A DNA stretch of 64,000 nt. Source: Candidatus Omnitrophota bacterium (GTDB taxonomy: Bacteria; Omnitrophota; Gorgyraeia; Zapsychrales; JAKLDJ01). The position numbers were made by a program, and so were the translations under genes. Positions 39,701 to 54,700 of this stretch are shown piece by piece (the stretch's first letter is position 1; the number at the start of each line of letters is the position of its first letter). A model generated the notes under the pieces. The model was not told where the DNA came from, ran no database searches, and saw nothing but the letters and a program-made list of their open reading frames with translations. The stretch covers positions 182,891 to 246,890 of the forward strand of contig JAKLDJ010000001.1 in NCBI GenBank assembly GCA_022703585.1, written 5' to 3'.

Positions 39701-42700
39701 TCTGTGTACGTCCCGTAGTATTGCCCGAAGACGTACAGTGTCCCGTTTTCGGCATGAATGTAATACCGGAAAAATAGTTTGTTACCCATCCCCGCGGCGC
39801 GCTTAATCATCCGCCGCTGGTTCATCTGGTCAAAGGTATCTTCGAGGATACCGGTTTCCTCATCGCAGATGTAGCATAATCGTTTTGAGACACCGGTCAC
39901 GGTATTGCCCTGGACATCCCGGACAACCGAGGCAGCCACCACAAAGGTACGGGATCCACTCGGGTTCACAATCTCGACATCCGACCGGCCGTAGGGATAC
40001 TGGCCAAACGCGACCCAGGGTTCGCACTTTCCGTCTGCCTCGCGCCGGCAACGCAATCGCAGGCTACCGCGTTTATCGAGTGATACATTCTTTAAAATAT
40101 AACAATCGGTCAGCGCATTAAATTCGGCATCGCTTAATTCAATAAACACGCTGACATCCTTTTTAAGCTCCGTGTCGTAGACAACCGAAAATTCGCAATC
40201 AAGGTCGGATTCTAATGACTTAAACCGATAGACAAGCGCGTCACGAACAAACGCTATCCCCCACTGGCTGCCATATTTCACGGCGAAATGCGCCCATTCG
40301 CGGTTTTCCATGCGCGGCCCGTCGACTGTCATCACCGGCCTGCCGCCGCCAAAATTCAACGATCCCCTGTTGCCCAATTGCGTCACAACCGCGATATGCG
40401 TATGCGCCGCGCATAAAGGAGCAAAGACGTCATGGCGCACCTTGGTCCGCTCAAGAATAATCGCGCCCGTATCCATATCAATCAGCCGCGTCTTGCCGTC
40501 TTGTTTTGAAAGCGCGTAGGCGTCATCGATTGCCCGGCGTAGCGATTCAGGGATCACCCACGGAACAAAGAAACACCCCAACGCTTCGGACTCGCGAGAC
40601 GAATCAGGAACGACCCCTTTTTCTCTTTCGGCATCCTTTCTTTCGGCAAGAACAGCAAGAGTTGCTTTTCCGTTTTGAGGCGTGTAGCCGAGATCTTTAA
40701 AAGGACTTTGATAACCGAATCCGCTATGAAACGGCAGGCGACGAATAGTCATTTTTCTCTTTCGAGTCTTAGCCTGGGCGAAAAGATTATCGATATCAAT
40801 GCCTTGCCTGGCAAATTCTTGATGCGGAGGATTGCGCAATCGTTCATGCACCCAGTCAATAATCTGAAAGACTCTAACGCGCGTCATGCCAAAGTCACGG
40901 GCGACTTCATCGCCTGTCCCGCCTAAAAACAGATAGCGGATAACAACCTTGCGGTTGCGCACAGAGACATTTCTTTCGCTCATCACGATATCCAAGACCC
41001 CCATCACTCTCGAGCGCCTGTTTTGGTTTTCCTCACTTTGCTCAAAATCATCGGAGAATTCCGCATGTGCATTTTGGACGTTATGCGCCAGCCAAGATTC
41101 GCTATACCGGTCTGTTTCTTTTCTTCTGGACCTCGACCGCGACATAATGCCTTGCTGGATAAGATAATTGGAAACAGCATTGGCTAAAAATCCGCGCCGT
41201 CGTTCATTTCCCCTAAGAAGACTGATAAATTCCCGGCTCGTTCTTGGCTTTCTTTCATCACGCGTCACAAAATCGATCGCTTTAGAAAAGACCATCTGCG
41301 CCATATAACGGATATCCCCGGCATCGATACCCTTCTCCCGGTAATCGCCGAAATACGAAAGCAGGAGCTTCACAACGCAATATTCCAGATAACCACGAAA
41401 GCGCCTGTTTAATGCGTCGTACGCATTACCGTTGTGCTCACCGATCAAACGCAAGAGTTCAGTCGCGATATCTTCTCTGGTAGGTAGCCGCAAAGCCTCC
41501 TTGACTTTTTGACCGTTGTCCTTTGAATGTACACCCGTCCAACTCCATGTGATGCGCCGGCGGTCGGGCTCGGGAATCCCGAAGGCCTCACGCAGCCGCT
41601 GAATACCGCCGAACTTTCGAATCATCCCGGCAAGATCGGGATGTGTTTTATTGATGTCATTCAATCCGACACGAGTCAAATCATAGCCGCCTTCTTTTAA
41701 TCGCACCTGGAGATAATCGGCAAGAATTTCCGAAGGAATAAATCTCAAGAAAACTATCGGATTCTTCAGCCGCCGCCGGCGGTCGATCCAGTCAAACCAA
41801 AAGGCCGCCAGGGTTTCAAATTTCGAGCCGGTATAATCAACCCGTAAGCGATAGAGCGCCTCGATCTCATACACAGCACCATCGTTAAGATAGGAATACA
41901 AAAGCCCGATCAAACTTTTGCCGTTGAAGGCCTTGAGCGGTTCGCGGAAATCATTGGGTATTAAATCCCCGGCCGATGAACGCCTGTCTTTGAATTCTTC
42001 GAGCAGAATATCAACGAAGGCCCGAATGACAACCAATCGCTCTGCTTCGCCAAGCGCGTGGATCTCCTTCCAGAATCCTTGCTTGCCGGATTTTCGCCCT
42101 GTCCGGAATCGCTCAATCCACGGCTGGGCCGTTAACCCGTTATCAGAAATTGTGCCTGCCAGCCCAAACAAAAGGGCCGGGAAGAAAAAGGCGATGCATT
42201 CCAGCGATCCTTCCTGTGCCGTCGAACCACCGGCCGCGTCTTCCGCTCCTAAAATAAATTTGATCACTTCAATCTGATCCGGATCATAAAGTCCTCTGAG
42301 ATAATAATCAAGCGCCGTCTCAAGCGCACTGGGACTAACCGCTTCAAGCGTATCAGCCTTTTCACTGATCGTCATCAGCCGGTCGTAAAATCCATCCGTA
42401 TCAACCAAGGAATCCAGAATCTGAATAACTTGACAGGCTGCTTCAACGCGCCCGCGGACTGTCATCGTGAGGCGGCCCGAAGGGCCGCCGGAGTACATTT
42501 CGCGTAAAAGTGCGATCATCGTAAAGTCATGAGCCGGTAATCGGCCGGCGCGCACCCGAATAAAATCCTCTGTCCGGACAACCCAGGGCAAGGTCGCCGT
42601 CCCGGAAACTTTGTACGGGACAAAATTCCTCCTCGCCTCGGCAACGATCCCATAGGCATCACTGACATCCCTTGCCTTTCCTGCTTTCTGGATCCACAAA

Positions 42701-45700
42701 CCGACGGTTGCCGACCAACGCGGGTCTTTGGGAGATGTCTCACTAAGGAGAAAATCTTCGAAAATCTGTTTTAATTCTATGCCGAGCTCGATGCGCATGA
42801 TTTGATTGAGGGCCGCCATATCAAATCCATCCTCGTCAACAGCGGGATGGCTGTCTTCAAAGAACACTCTTTGGCAAATTTCCTTGAATCGACGCCAGCC
42901 ATCTTCAATATTGTCATACTCCTGTTCTTCGCCTTCGTCCGGCGCATAATCGCCATCGAAAACAATCCTTCTCTCGATAACAATCCGGTCAACAATATCC
43001 ATAATCTGCCGAAAAGCATCTTTGAGTTGTTCACGGCACTCCCGCCACCGGACATTGTGGACCCTGGCTTGCTGGGAATTAAAAAGCTGAACTTGTTCGA
43101 ACTCCGACGAATCAGAGCATCGGACCCACATAACAGGAGAATCCAGCCGGGCGTCATGGGCAAAGCCCTCAACCACAGCAGGAACATACCGACCCTTTCT
43201 CTGCTCAAGCAGCATGACCGCCTCGTCTTCTTTAAAGAGGCGGCTTTTCCTGGCGGCAACTTTTTCATCGACCCCGAGCGGATAAACGCGCACAATCGCG
43301 TCTTTGTGCCGCCGGCCTAAAAATCCGTCGGAGGTTAAAAACATGATCATCCGCCTGTTTTGAAGATTGGGCTGCTCAAGGACGGCGACTTTCTGGCCGC
43401 CGACCTTATATCGAGGCTGCTCGCCTTTCGTGAGGGGAATTTTGTACTGGAGAAATACGATTTGACCGGGCCTCACCTTAAGGCCCTGACTATCCTGATC
43501 GACGATGAGGTCTGCCTGATTGAGCTTTTTGTTGACCAGAAGCTCCGGGTAACCGAGCCGATTCAATATAAAGTTAATTTCGGCGAGCTTGCCCGGCTGG
43601 CGCTCCAGCTCTTTAAAATCTTCGCTGAACAGTTCCTTAAGCCTCCCCTGCCAGTCCTCGGACGTGGGCCCGTTGTCGATTTGGCCCAAAAATATAACGG
43701 GGAGCCCCGCTATAAAGACGGCGGGCCCCGCCAAAGACAGCCCGGCTTCGCCGAAGGCGAAAGCCGAGGCGAGCGGGGTAAACAGGTCCGCCAATGGCAC
43801 AAAACATCTCAAACCGCCGGAGACATCCTCATCTTTTTCTTCATTTCTTCGCCCGGGAATGCTCCAGGTAGAAATGAAATGGGGCGGCAATTTAGGTTCG
43901 CTATTAGGATCTACGCGGTTTGCGATTACTTCAAAGTCCGGAAATGGAATTTCCGGATACCAATTCCGAATAACCATTTGCCCGGGAGGAAAAATACCTT
44001 CGTATTGTTTCTTTCCGGTTTTCCGGCCTTGTCTGTTTAAATACGGGACCAGGATTCCTTTATGGGGCTTTACCATCACCCAGTTTAAACCATTGACAAA
44101 GGCCATTCCGTTTAGAGCCAACACCCGTTTAACGTCTTTTAAAGCCTTAAGTTTATCAGTAACATAACCCAGTGTTTCCCATGTCAATAAGACCAAGTCA
44201 AAATGTCCGTCGGGGTACGGCAGTCCGTTTCCGACATCCCAGAGCCGGGCATGGCTTCTAAAATATTCCATGAACGCTCGAATCTCTCTTAAAGAAGGAT
44301 AAAATTCATGCCGAGTTAACGCTCTCATAAACTGGGATTCATAAATGCGAATATCTTCTTTGTTGATAAAATGCGTCTCCACGTCCGGATAAATTTCCAT
44401 AAATTCATACACAATAACTCCGGCGCCCGCGCCGATAATAAGCGCGCGCTGTCCTTTTCGTCCGGAAAAATCCCTCGACACCATATGAGAAAATTGTTCG
44501 TCCTCAGAATCAAACCCTCGCGTAACATTGACATAGGAGAAATAAGGATTATGGTAATCTTCGTCCATCATTCCCACCAAAAACACGGCGCTCATCCCCG
44601 CCATAAACGGCAGGATAAAACATCCCAAATGATCCGTCGGTTCGCCCTCTTTGTCCGGCGTATTGGTTGATACGAAATCGTCCTTCGAATCCAGCGTTTC
44701 TTTGAGGGTCGGGGGCCACCAGTGATAACGGCTATTGGCCGCCCTCGGCAGCCGCGCCAAGGCCTGGAGGACTTCGGGAACTTTCTTGTGATCCGTAACG
44801 GTATCAGGCGAAACCCCGGCTTTTTGCGCGACCATTTCTCGCGTGGCCGCTATACCCTCGGATATAAAGAATTCTGCTGCCGCAATAATATCATTACTAC
44901 AGGAAGACCGTCCGTGCCTTGATTCCGGTAGCCGGGCAAAGGCTTGGGCAACGGCGGGATTGGATTTTCTGGCTTGAGCAAGAGTAGTAAGGCCAACTTT
45001 GGCTTTGTTCGCGACCATGGCTCTGGTAACTACCCCACCCTGCAACACAAAAAACTCAACCGCCGCGATGATGGCGGAGTGGCTGGGGCATTCTTTTGCC
45101 TTCGCCTTCGGCAACCGGGCAAGGGCCCGGGCAACGGCGGGGTTGGATTTTTTAAACTGGGAAACAGTATTAGGATTAACCCGTGCCCTGTGGGCCACCA
45201 TCTCCTGCGTAACATAAGGAGTACCTTGATTGATAAAATACCTGACGGCAGAAATAATTCTCCTGGCGGGAGGAGTTTTTAATCTTTTGGCTCCCGAAAC
45301 CTGCCCGTCTCGGCCTTTTGTCCGTCCGTTGGACGAGATCTCGTCCCGCTTTTGGGCGGGACGGACCTCGCCGGATCCGGATCTGTCCTGACTTTGAGCC
45401 TCGCCGGAACCGGATTCAATATGTGGAAGTTCCTTAAATAGGCCGCCGTAGTATCTTTCGAGCGTACTGGATGCAATACCCAGAAAATCCGCCGCTTTTG
45501 AATACGAGCCTTTTGCCTGTTCGAAAGCCAAATATACGGCATATCTTCGGCCGGATTTAATCGCAGGAAAAGCAACTTCTAGGTCATTTAACTCTTTCAC
45601 AAATTGCGGCAATTGCCTGCGCACAGCCCCAAAAACGGACGAGTCCGGGCCGGAATCTCTCATGATTTTTTTAACCCCGGGAGCATGAAGCCGTAACAGG

Positions 45701-48700
45701 CGTGCCGCTTGGTCGATATCATTGTCTTTAATCAAAAGCGCCGCATAGACGAGAAGCGTCTTGACAAAGACAATCCACTGCGACAATAAGCCGCTTTCTA
45801 CGATTGCCGTGCGCACAAGCAATTCGGCCATCGTTAATTGTTTCGCGACCCCGGGAATAACCTGGCCATCCTTTTGAAGGACACTCCCGTATTTTCTCTT
45901 TAGCATTGCCGTATTAATCCCCAAAAATTGTGCTGTACTCTGTTGATTGTACTCAGCCTTTTCAAAGGCAATGTCAACGACCAATTCCTGAGCCTCGGCA
46001 AGCGTGGGTAATCGTCGCGCGGAACCGGCATACGCCTCAATAAAATTCTCCAGGGATGCCTCGAGCGCAGTCGTTAAAACCAGGTCTTCGCGGACAAGAG
46101 ATGGGGGGCCAATATTGGTATAGATCGCCCGCGGCCCAGTACCGACCATTTTGGCGGCAACGGCATACGTACCTCCCAGACGATACGCCGCGCGGAATAA
46201 AAGAGCTTTGGTAAACGAAAACCATTGAAAATAAAGACCGCTTTCCTCCAACGCACTCTTTAGAGTAATACGCGCGTATCCGGAATCATACAGGGGACTG
46301 GGAGTAAGAGGCTCCATTCCCGGTAATGGCGATAGCCTGTCAATCTCGGGAGAAATTACGGCGTCTCCTCCCTCTATCTCCGGAACCATACGGGCGCGAT
46401 AAACCCGCCAGAAGGTTGTCGAGTGAATGCCGAGCAATTGGCTGGCCAGGTCCCTGCACCGCCCGCTTCGGCAATAAGCGATATTAGCAACAATCTCAAA
46501 CGATTCTCGAAATGTTGGAAAAGCCGTAATACCGGAGGTTTTCAAAAGGGACAGAAAAGCATCTACCTGGCTTAATGCCTTCTGGGTAATGAGCGGATAA
46601 TGCTCGGCATTCTTTATTTGATGAGACAGGGTCGTCGGATCGATACCTAAGATAGGGGCCGCACGCCGACGGATTCCCCGGTTCTCTTGAAGCGCGGCAT
46701 AAATCAACAAATACCGTGTAAATAAAAGCCAGTCGGATGTTAAGCCGCTGGTGATAAGAACGCGATTAAGGATATCCCGCAAAGAAGCTAAATTCCCGAC
46801 ACCGGTCACGGGCTTAAGCGGCAATTGTTTCTCAACGGCAGCAATATCGTACGCGGCATCGAGGTCTCCGAGCAATTGAATCCAGGTCCCTTGTTCTTGT
46901 TCCGAAAATCTGTAAAATCTCTTTTTAGATATTGATGGACACAAGGCGGCCAATTCTTTCGCCAGCCACATGCGATAACTATCCCTATCGAGATTTTGCT
47001 GCCTGGCTGATGTTTGATGTAGAAAATCAACTGATTGTTTGAATAATTTGTCCGCTCTCGGAGATGTATAAGCAATATCGGGATTCTGATACAGCATCTG
47101 AATTAAAGAACGCAGCGTATCGATTTTATAGGCAATAATGTTACAGTAATTGAGCACCTCTAAGCGCGCCTCCCGGTTGTGAGCCTCAGCGGCCATTTGC
47201 ACAGCCCGGATAGTTTCATCGACGGTCGGCCCGGCTAAGAAGCCTGCGGCCTCTTGCTGAAAACTGCGCACAAGCTCTTCGAGGACATCGGCAGAAATAA
47301 AACGCCTCAACAATTTATCCTCAAGGCTGGCATAAAACCGCACGCTCCCCGGGCTACCCTGGCGCGCGACGCGCTTTTTTGCCTGATGGTCAATACGACG
47401 CTCATCATTGACCGAAATAATCGCGTGTAACCCGCCCAGCGCCTCTGCCCGCGGCTCCAGCACAATATCGGTTCCCCGGCCGGCAATATTCGTTGCCACG
47501 GTCACGGCCCCAACCTTTCCTGCTTCAGCAACAATACGCGCCTCATGAGCGTCATTGCGGCCGTCCAGAAGGTTGTGCGCCACCTCCCAATCCCTTAGGA
47601 TCGTGCTCATAATATGCGCATCCTCAATGGTCGAAAAGATAATCAGAACCGGACGTCCCTGGGCATGCACTTCTAACGCGTCTACGGTCATCCTTTCAAA
47701 TTTCTTTGAGCGCGTCTCGGATAATACCGAATGAAATGCCGTCATTCGCGATTCCTGATTCAGAGGAATACACAGGCTCTCAATACCGTATAGATCAAAA
47801 ATATCAGCAGCCTGCCGGCCAATCGTACCGCTCATCCCCGCCACACGGCCGCCGCGCGTGATAAGCATCCGGTAAAACACCGGGTACATCATAAGGGCAA
47901 TAAATTTCCGGGACCCGGTAAGAGCAACACCCATTTTGATTTCGACTAATTGCTGGATATAGTGAGCCCAGACCGTCCTAAATTTAAGACGCCCAGTATG
48001 GCTATCAACGATAACAACTTCACCGTCCTCAATAACAAAATGTTCATTCTCTTTATAAAATTCTTTGACTATCAGTGCCCGGGGAATAAACGATTCCACT
48101 GAGTTGATATACTGCGCATGTGCCAAAGTTGAAGCGGCAGCCCGATTCCGGACTTTCCTTCTTCCGGCTTCGGTTAGAGTCACGGTTTCATGGATTTCAT
48201 CAACTTCGTAATCAGGATCGCCGACTTTTACCAGGCTATCGGCTATTGAATAAACCGTCTTCAAGAATTCCGGAGTAAAAGATTCGTCGCTGCTTCTTCG
48301 GCCACCCCACCTTGTCCTTTGTCCCTCGGCTATAACCAGGGGAAAACCTGCCTCGTCGACAAAGATACTGTCAACCTCATCTACGACTGTCAAAAACGGC
48401 AATTGGTGAGCCAGGACATGTTTCTTCCGGTCTAACTCAACCTGGTCATGGAGATAATCAAAAACAACCTCGCTTTTATCCGCATACACGATATCGGCGC
48501 TATAGACGGTTTGCGCCTCATGCCAGGGAATGTGCCGGAAAGAGCCGGCTTCTTCATCATCAGGAAGCGTATTGTCAAAAAGATACCGCCCCCGGTGCGT
48601 GACCACCCCAATCGATATGTTTAACCGCGAAAGAATCGTACCCGCCAGTTCGGCATCGCGCCGCGCCAGATAACTATTAAAGGTATGGATGTGGGCTGGG

Positions 48701-51700
48701 CCCTTACCAATGAGAGTAGTTAAATACGCAGGCAAGAGACCGGCCAATGTCTTTCCTTCGCCGGCATCCATTTCTATGGCGTAACCTTCGTAGAGGGCGA
48801 TACCGGCCAAAAGCTGCGTATCATAAAGCCGCTTGGCCGTTATGCGCCGTATGTGCTCCCGTAAAAACGCGAAGGCGTCGACAAGAAGGTCATACGGTTG
48901 CGCTCCGTTTTGCGCCTGATGTTTCAGCAGTAAATGACGCGCTCCCCATTGGTGAGCAGGCACAGCCATCAGGGCAGGTTCTTGCTCGTTGATTCGCGCC
49001 ACCAAATCACGGTAATACTCCGGCACACTGGGCAGTTCATCGCCAAAGAGCCTTTTTGCGGGGCCGGCCTCCTCGGCGACGATTGTCTTTTCAATTAAAT
49101 CTTCCGGGGGTATCCCGGCCGCTTGACAGGCGGCTTCCCACGAGCCAAAGTATTTCGGATGCGCGGCAGAGAAATATATCGCCCGCCCTTTAATCGCGAG
49201 GCCAAAATATCGCTCAAGGATATCTGTCGTTTCGACAGATATATCGTGAGAGATGGCCTTTTGCCAAAGACCAACACCTTCCCGGTGCAAAATTCTGATA
49301 GCCTCAATCAGCAGTTCCTTGCTCCACGACATCAGTACGCGTTCACGCCGGATGCGATCAGCGTCAAGCCCTAACGCTGCCAATACCGAATACCAGGGGC
49401 CGATGTTTTCAACCGTTTGAAGATAGACGTCACGCCCGGTCATTTGAAGACCTCTAAAATGCAACGCAATAATTTTCCCTGCCCTGTCGGAGTCTCGTAT
49501 CCGCAACAAAACCGGATTAAGCGATACGCCGCTAGCATGCAGAGTGTGAATGATCTCATGCATGAGTTTCTGCGACGCTGCCTGTTCTTTGCTTGTATCG
49601 CCTTCTTCTACCATCCCCGTCAGCCAAAGGCCCAGAAATAGAATATCCATCCCGGGTAAAAACGCGCCCAGGAGGCTGTCCGTCTCGACAGGGCTTTGAG
49701 TATTTTCTCCGGAGATGTCAACGGGTTCCGGCGGCAGAGAAGCGGCGCGCTTAAAATGAACCCCAAGAAGAGCGCTGATTTTCCGCGTAACCTCGACATA
49801 ATCCACTTCTTCGAATCCGGCAGGCATAAATGCCTCGATAATCGAGATACCCCTGGCCGCTTCCTCGATCCAAAGCGGCACACCATGCGATCTATTAAGA
49901 TGATGCAGGCTCTTTTTTCCGGTAACCGTTGTCACCTTAAAATGATGTTTTGCCGATGCCGCGAAATGGCCCAGGACAACGACGGCCTTGACCCTTTGCA
50001 ATTGCCGTAACGGTTCCCGTATCTTACCCGCGTCGTCAAGAAGATAATGATTTTCGGTATACCGGGCAGGACCGGCCCAAAGCCTGTCAGCTGTCTGCAG
50101 GATAAGCGATTCCTTTTCACTGCCAAAAACCAATCCCGTATGCCGCATCAGATAAACCATCAACAGCGCCTTATCGGTTTCGTCCCGGACAAAAACAAGG
50201 ACCGCGCCCTTGCCCGGAATAAAAAGAAGCCCGCAGGCGCTTTTTTCTTCCCGAATACTTATAAGAAGATCAGCGTACCGATGGGAGAATTCACGCACCG
50301 GCAAAGACGGCAGGGCAATGCGATGAGACCGGATATATACCATTTCATTGATAAAGGAAACCGGGGTCCGGCAACTGCGCATCAGATGGTCGAGATATAA
50401 AGGATACACGCGCTCCAGGGAATCGGCAAATTCCTGCAAAAGCGCACCAGTGACGGCTCGAGGATAGCGTTCCAATAACGAAGTTTTATCTTTGGCCGCC
50501 ATCTCTCGCAAGGTCACGGCGCAGGGTTCGTCGCGAAGAAGGGCGCGGCGTTCAAACAGGGTAACAGCCTTTTTAAAGACCCAGGTATAAATAATTTCCC
50601 CGGCTTCCTGTTCGCCGCGGCCTTTAAGGCCGAGCCATTCTTTTAATTCATCGACGGTGACACGCTCGTGCGTCCGGGGGTCATGAAGCAGATAGGACAA
50701 GACATCCTGAAATTCCCGGAAGTTTTTCTCCAGGAGGGCAACTTTTTTCTGATAGCCTTCTTCTTGGCGGTAACGAATATCCGCGTTAAAATACGAGGGA
50801 ACAAAAAGCATGGCTCTATTATCCGAGCTCCAGGTAACAAAGGTCACCTTCCAGCCCAGATGAAGCAACAACTCCTCCATCCATTCAGGTATCGCCGGAA
50901 ACACATCATCAAATTTAGCCAGGAAAATAATTTCGTTTAATCCATTGGCACAATCACCCAGCATCTTTCTGACCTCTTCCCGGATTTGTATGGAATTTTC
51001 GGCGTTCATAAGATACTTGAGCTTGGCCATGGTATGCTCGCTGAGTATGTCCCTATCCGACGACACAGTAATCTCAACCAAGGCTAAATGCCCGTCTTGT
51101 TTACGGATGAGCCCGTCAAACTCCATGTAATGAAAGTCCAGGAGGGCTTCGGGGACAACGCTGTATCCCAGCGTCTCTAAATATTGAAGTCCCAACAACT
51201 CGCCTATTGCCCCGGCCATCTTTTTCTTTGTTTCTTCGATACCCGTAGAAACCCAACGACGGTCAGATAAATTTATCTCCTCTAAAAGATTCCCGCGCAA
51301 TGAATGCAACGACCCCCATCGGCCGATGAGCGCGACCAGCTCTTCTTTCTGCTGGGGATCCTCGCCGATTTCAATCAATGCCTTAGCGTGCAACGGCGAC
51401 CATCCCGCACGGCTTTGAGCCGTCACCCGCCGGATATTCTCGCTGATACCTTGCGCAAGGGAATCATCCATGCCTCTTAAAAGCACCCTAAGAGCATCTT
51501 CGGTCCGCCAGTAATCCGACAAGGAGCCAAAGATCTTCGATAAGACCTCGGGTTGTCCTTCCCGTAATTGTTCGACGTGGATAACACAGTGGTCCCGATG
51601 CTGTGATTCGGAAACCGGAAGGCGGATTGTCCATTTTGTCCCCCGGTCACCTTCACGCTTGACCGCCAGGCGTCCGTGAAAAATTCTTTCGACAGTGTCA

Positions 51701-54700
51701 GTAATCATGGGTTGTTGCTGCCCCTGTTCCCAGGATTTAAGGCGGTCATTTTGATTGATGCCTTGAGGGGCATCGTCAACAAGAGCGATAACAAGCTGCT
51801 TGTCCTTGAAACGTAAAGAGATTTTGATCTCTCCGGCGCCAAACTTAAGGGCGTCTTCGATGATCGAGAATAGCCGGTTACCGAGCTCGCGGCGGAACGA
51901 TCCTTTGGGAATTTCGAAGTACTTTGCCTCCGGTGCGATGCTGATTTGGAAAACCGCCTGCGGATACTGCCTGCCATAACGTTCCCCGGCGAGCTGAATA
52001 ACATCCTCCAGAAGCCGATGGACACTTAAGGTGCTGTCCGAAACCCCCTGCACCGTCCCCAAAACCGGCAACAAGGCCAAATATATGGCAGATAAATCTC
52101 CAGCGAGCATAAACGGCACCATCAGCGTAAACGGTAAAAATCCGTTCAAGTCATCTTTTTTGCCTGCTTTGGCCTTAGCCTTATTTTTCAAAATCGGCGC
52201 GGCCTTGCGAGTTTTCGAAAGCCTGCGATCAGGATGGGTGATGTATTTCTGCCACAAGGCATCAGAGATAAATCCGAGATCACGCAACATTACAATGTGG
52301 AACGCAAGCCCATGCGGATTGGAAACAATGCCGGTAAGAATAGCACGGTTGTATGCCGCAAGAACAGACGGTGAAAACGCCGAACTTCGTAAGTGTAGCA
52401 AGAATGATATATTTTTAATTTGACCAGAACGATTAAGCATCGTAAAAGCCTGAAGACGCCTAAGGACCTCATTGCCAAGCTCTGTTTTGCGGATTTCAAA
52501 TTTCTCTGCCTTCGATTTTTTCCGACGTTGCGGCGTCTGCCGCCCGGAAGCTTTATCTGACGCCTTATTTCTGCCCGGCGGGCATTGGACTATTCCATAT
52601 CGTTTTAAATCATCCGGATGATTTCGAAAATAGTATGCGAGCCCTGTCTGGGTCACGCCCATCACCTTAGCTGCCTGGGTGGGGTTAAGGCCCCGGAGTT
52701 TTTTCAATCCGGCCTTAGCTAAAAGTGCGGGAATCTTGGAACCTCTTCCCCTTCCTTTTCCTTTGCTGATTCCATAGCACTGGAGATCGTCGGGATGTTT
52801 CCGAAAATACTCAGCAAGACCCGTTTGATGAACACCTATGACTTTGGCTGCCTGTGACACATTAAGGCCCTTAAGCTTTTCTATCCCTGCCTGGACCAGG
52901 AGGCCGGGAATACCGGATTCTTTTTGTCCCCGTACCACCCCATAATGTTCAAACTCATCCGGGTGTTTATTAAAATAATAAGAGAGGCCTACCTGGGTTA
53001 CCCCGAGCAACGCGGCCGCCTGAGTAAAATTAAGACCATTGAGTTTCTCAGGGCCGGCTTGGGCCAGGAGAATGGAAATTTTGGATTCCCTCTTTAATCC
53101 CCCTGATTTTCCTCCTTTAACAATGCCATAACGCTTAATATCGTCGGAATTCTTGCGAAGATACTTCAAAAGGCTCATATAGTGTACGCCTATGACTCTG
53201 GCCGTCTCAACAATATTAAGGCCGCGAAGCTTCTCAGGGCCGGCCTGGGCCAGGAGAATGGAAATTTTGGATTCCCTCTTTAATCCCCCTGATTTTCCTC
53301 CTTTAACAATGCCATAACGCTTAATATCGTCGGAATGCTTGCGAAGATACTTCACAAGACTCATATAGTGTACGCCTATGGCCCTGGCCGCCTCGATAAC
53401 ATTAAGACCGCGGAGTTTCTCAGGGCCGGCCCGGGCTAAGAGGCCTGAGATCTTGAGTGCGTTCTTTCCTCTTATTATTCCGTAGCGTTCAAGATCTTCG
53501 GGGTGCTCTTTAAAATGCCTGCCAACATCTTTCAAGTTTCTTCCTATAGCCTTGGCCGTCTGCGCAATATTAAGACCCTTAAGTTTCTCCGGGCCAACCT
53601 GGGCCAGAAGGGCGGGAATCCTGGGTGCTTCCCTGCTATTGACTACCCCGTAACGCCCGAGTTCCTCAGGGTTTTCTCTGAAGTACCTGGAAAAGCTTGT
53701 CTGGCCTACCTTAAGAGCCTTGGCCACCTGTGTAATATTAAGACCCCTGAGTTTCTCGGGACCGGCCTGGGCCAAAAGGTCTGGGATCTTGGATCTTTTT
53801 TTCCATTCTCCCCTGCCTTTTCCTTTAATAATGCCATAACTCCGGGCATCGTCAGGATGCTTGCAAAGGTACGCCGCAAGACCATTTCGATGCACACCTA
53901 TAATTTTGGCTGCCTGAGCAAGATTAAGACCTTTGAGCTTCTCGGGACCGGCCTGGGCCAGGAAGTTGGAAATCTTGGATTCCCTCTTTGTTTTTCCTCT
54001 AATCAATCCGCAGCAATCAACCTCATCCGGATGCTTTTGAAGATACCGCGAAAGTCCTACTAGGCTTACACCGATCAGCTCGGCCACCTGGGTAAAATTA
54101 AGACCACTGACCTTCTCGGAGCCGGCTTGGGCAAGAAGAACGGCAATCTTGGGCTCCCGCTTCAATTCCCCCGGTTTTTTTCCTTTAACAATGCCGTAGC
54201 GCTGAATATCGTCGGGATGTTTCCGAAGATACATTGCGAAACCTGTTGGATTCACACCTATCACTCCAGCCACCTGTAACACATTAAGACCTCGCAATCT
54301 CTCGGGGCCGGCCTGGGCCAGGAGGCCGGGGATCTTAGATCTTTTGTTTCCCTTTCCTTTCCCTTTGATAATTCCGTAACGATTGATTTCATCCAGATGG
54401 GATTTAAAATACCGCCGAAGGCTTTCCGACCTCAGTCCGATAATTTGAGCTGCCTGGGTGATGCCAAGACCGCGAAGTTTTTCCGGGTCAGCCTGGGCCA
54501 GGAGACAGGGAATCTTGGATCCTTTTTCTCCTCGTACTACCCCGTAACGCTTAAGCTCATTCGGGTGTAGATTAAAATGCCGAGAAAGGCCTGCTTGGCT
54601 TATACCTATCATCGCAGCCACCTGAGCGATATTGAGACCTCTGAGTTTTTCCGGGCCTGCCTGGGCCAGGAGGCCGGGAATCTTGGATCCTTTATTTCCC

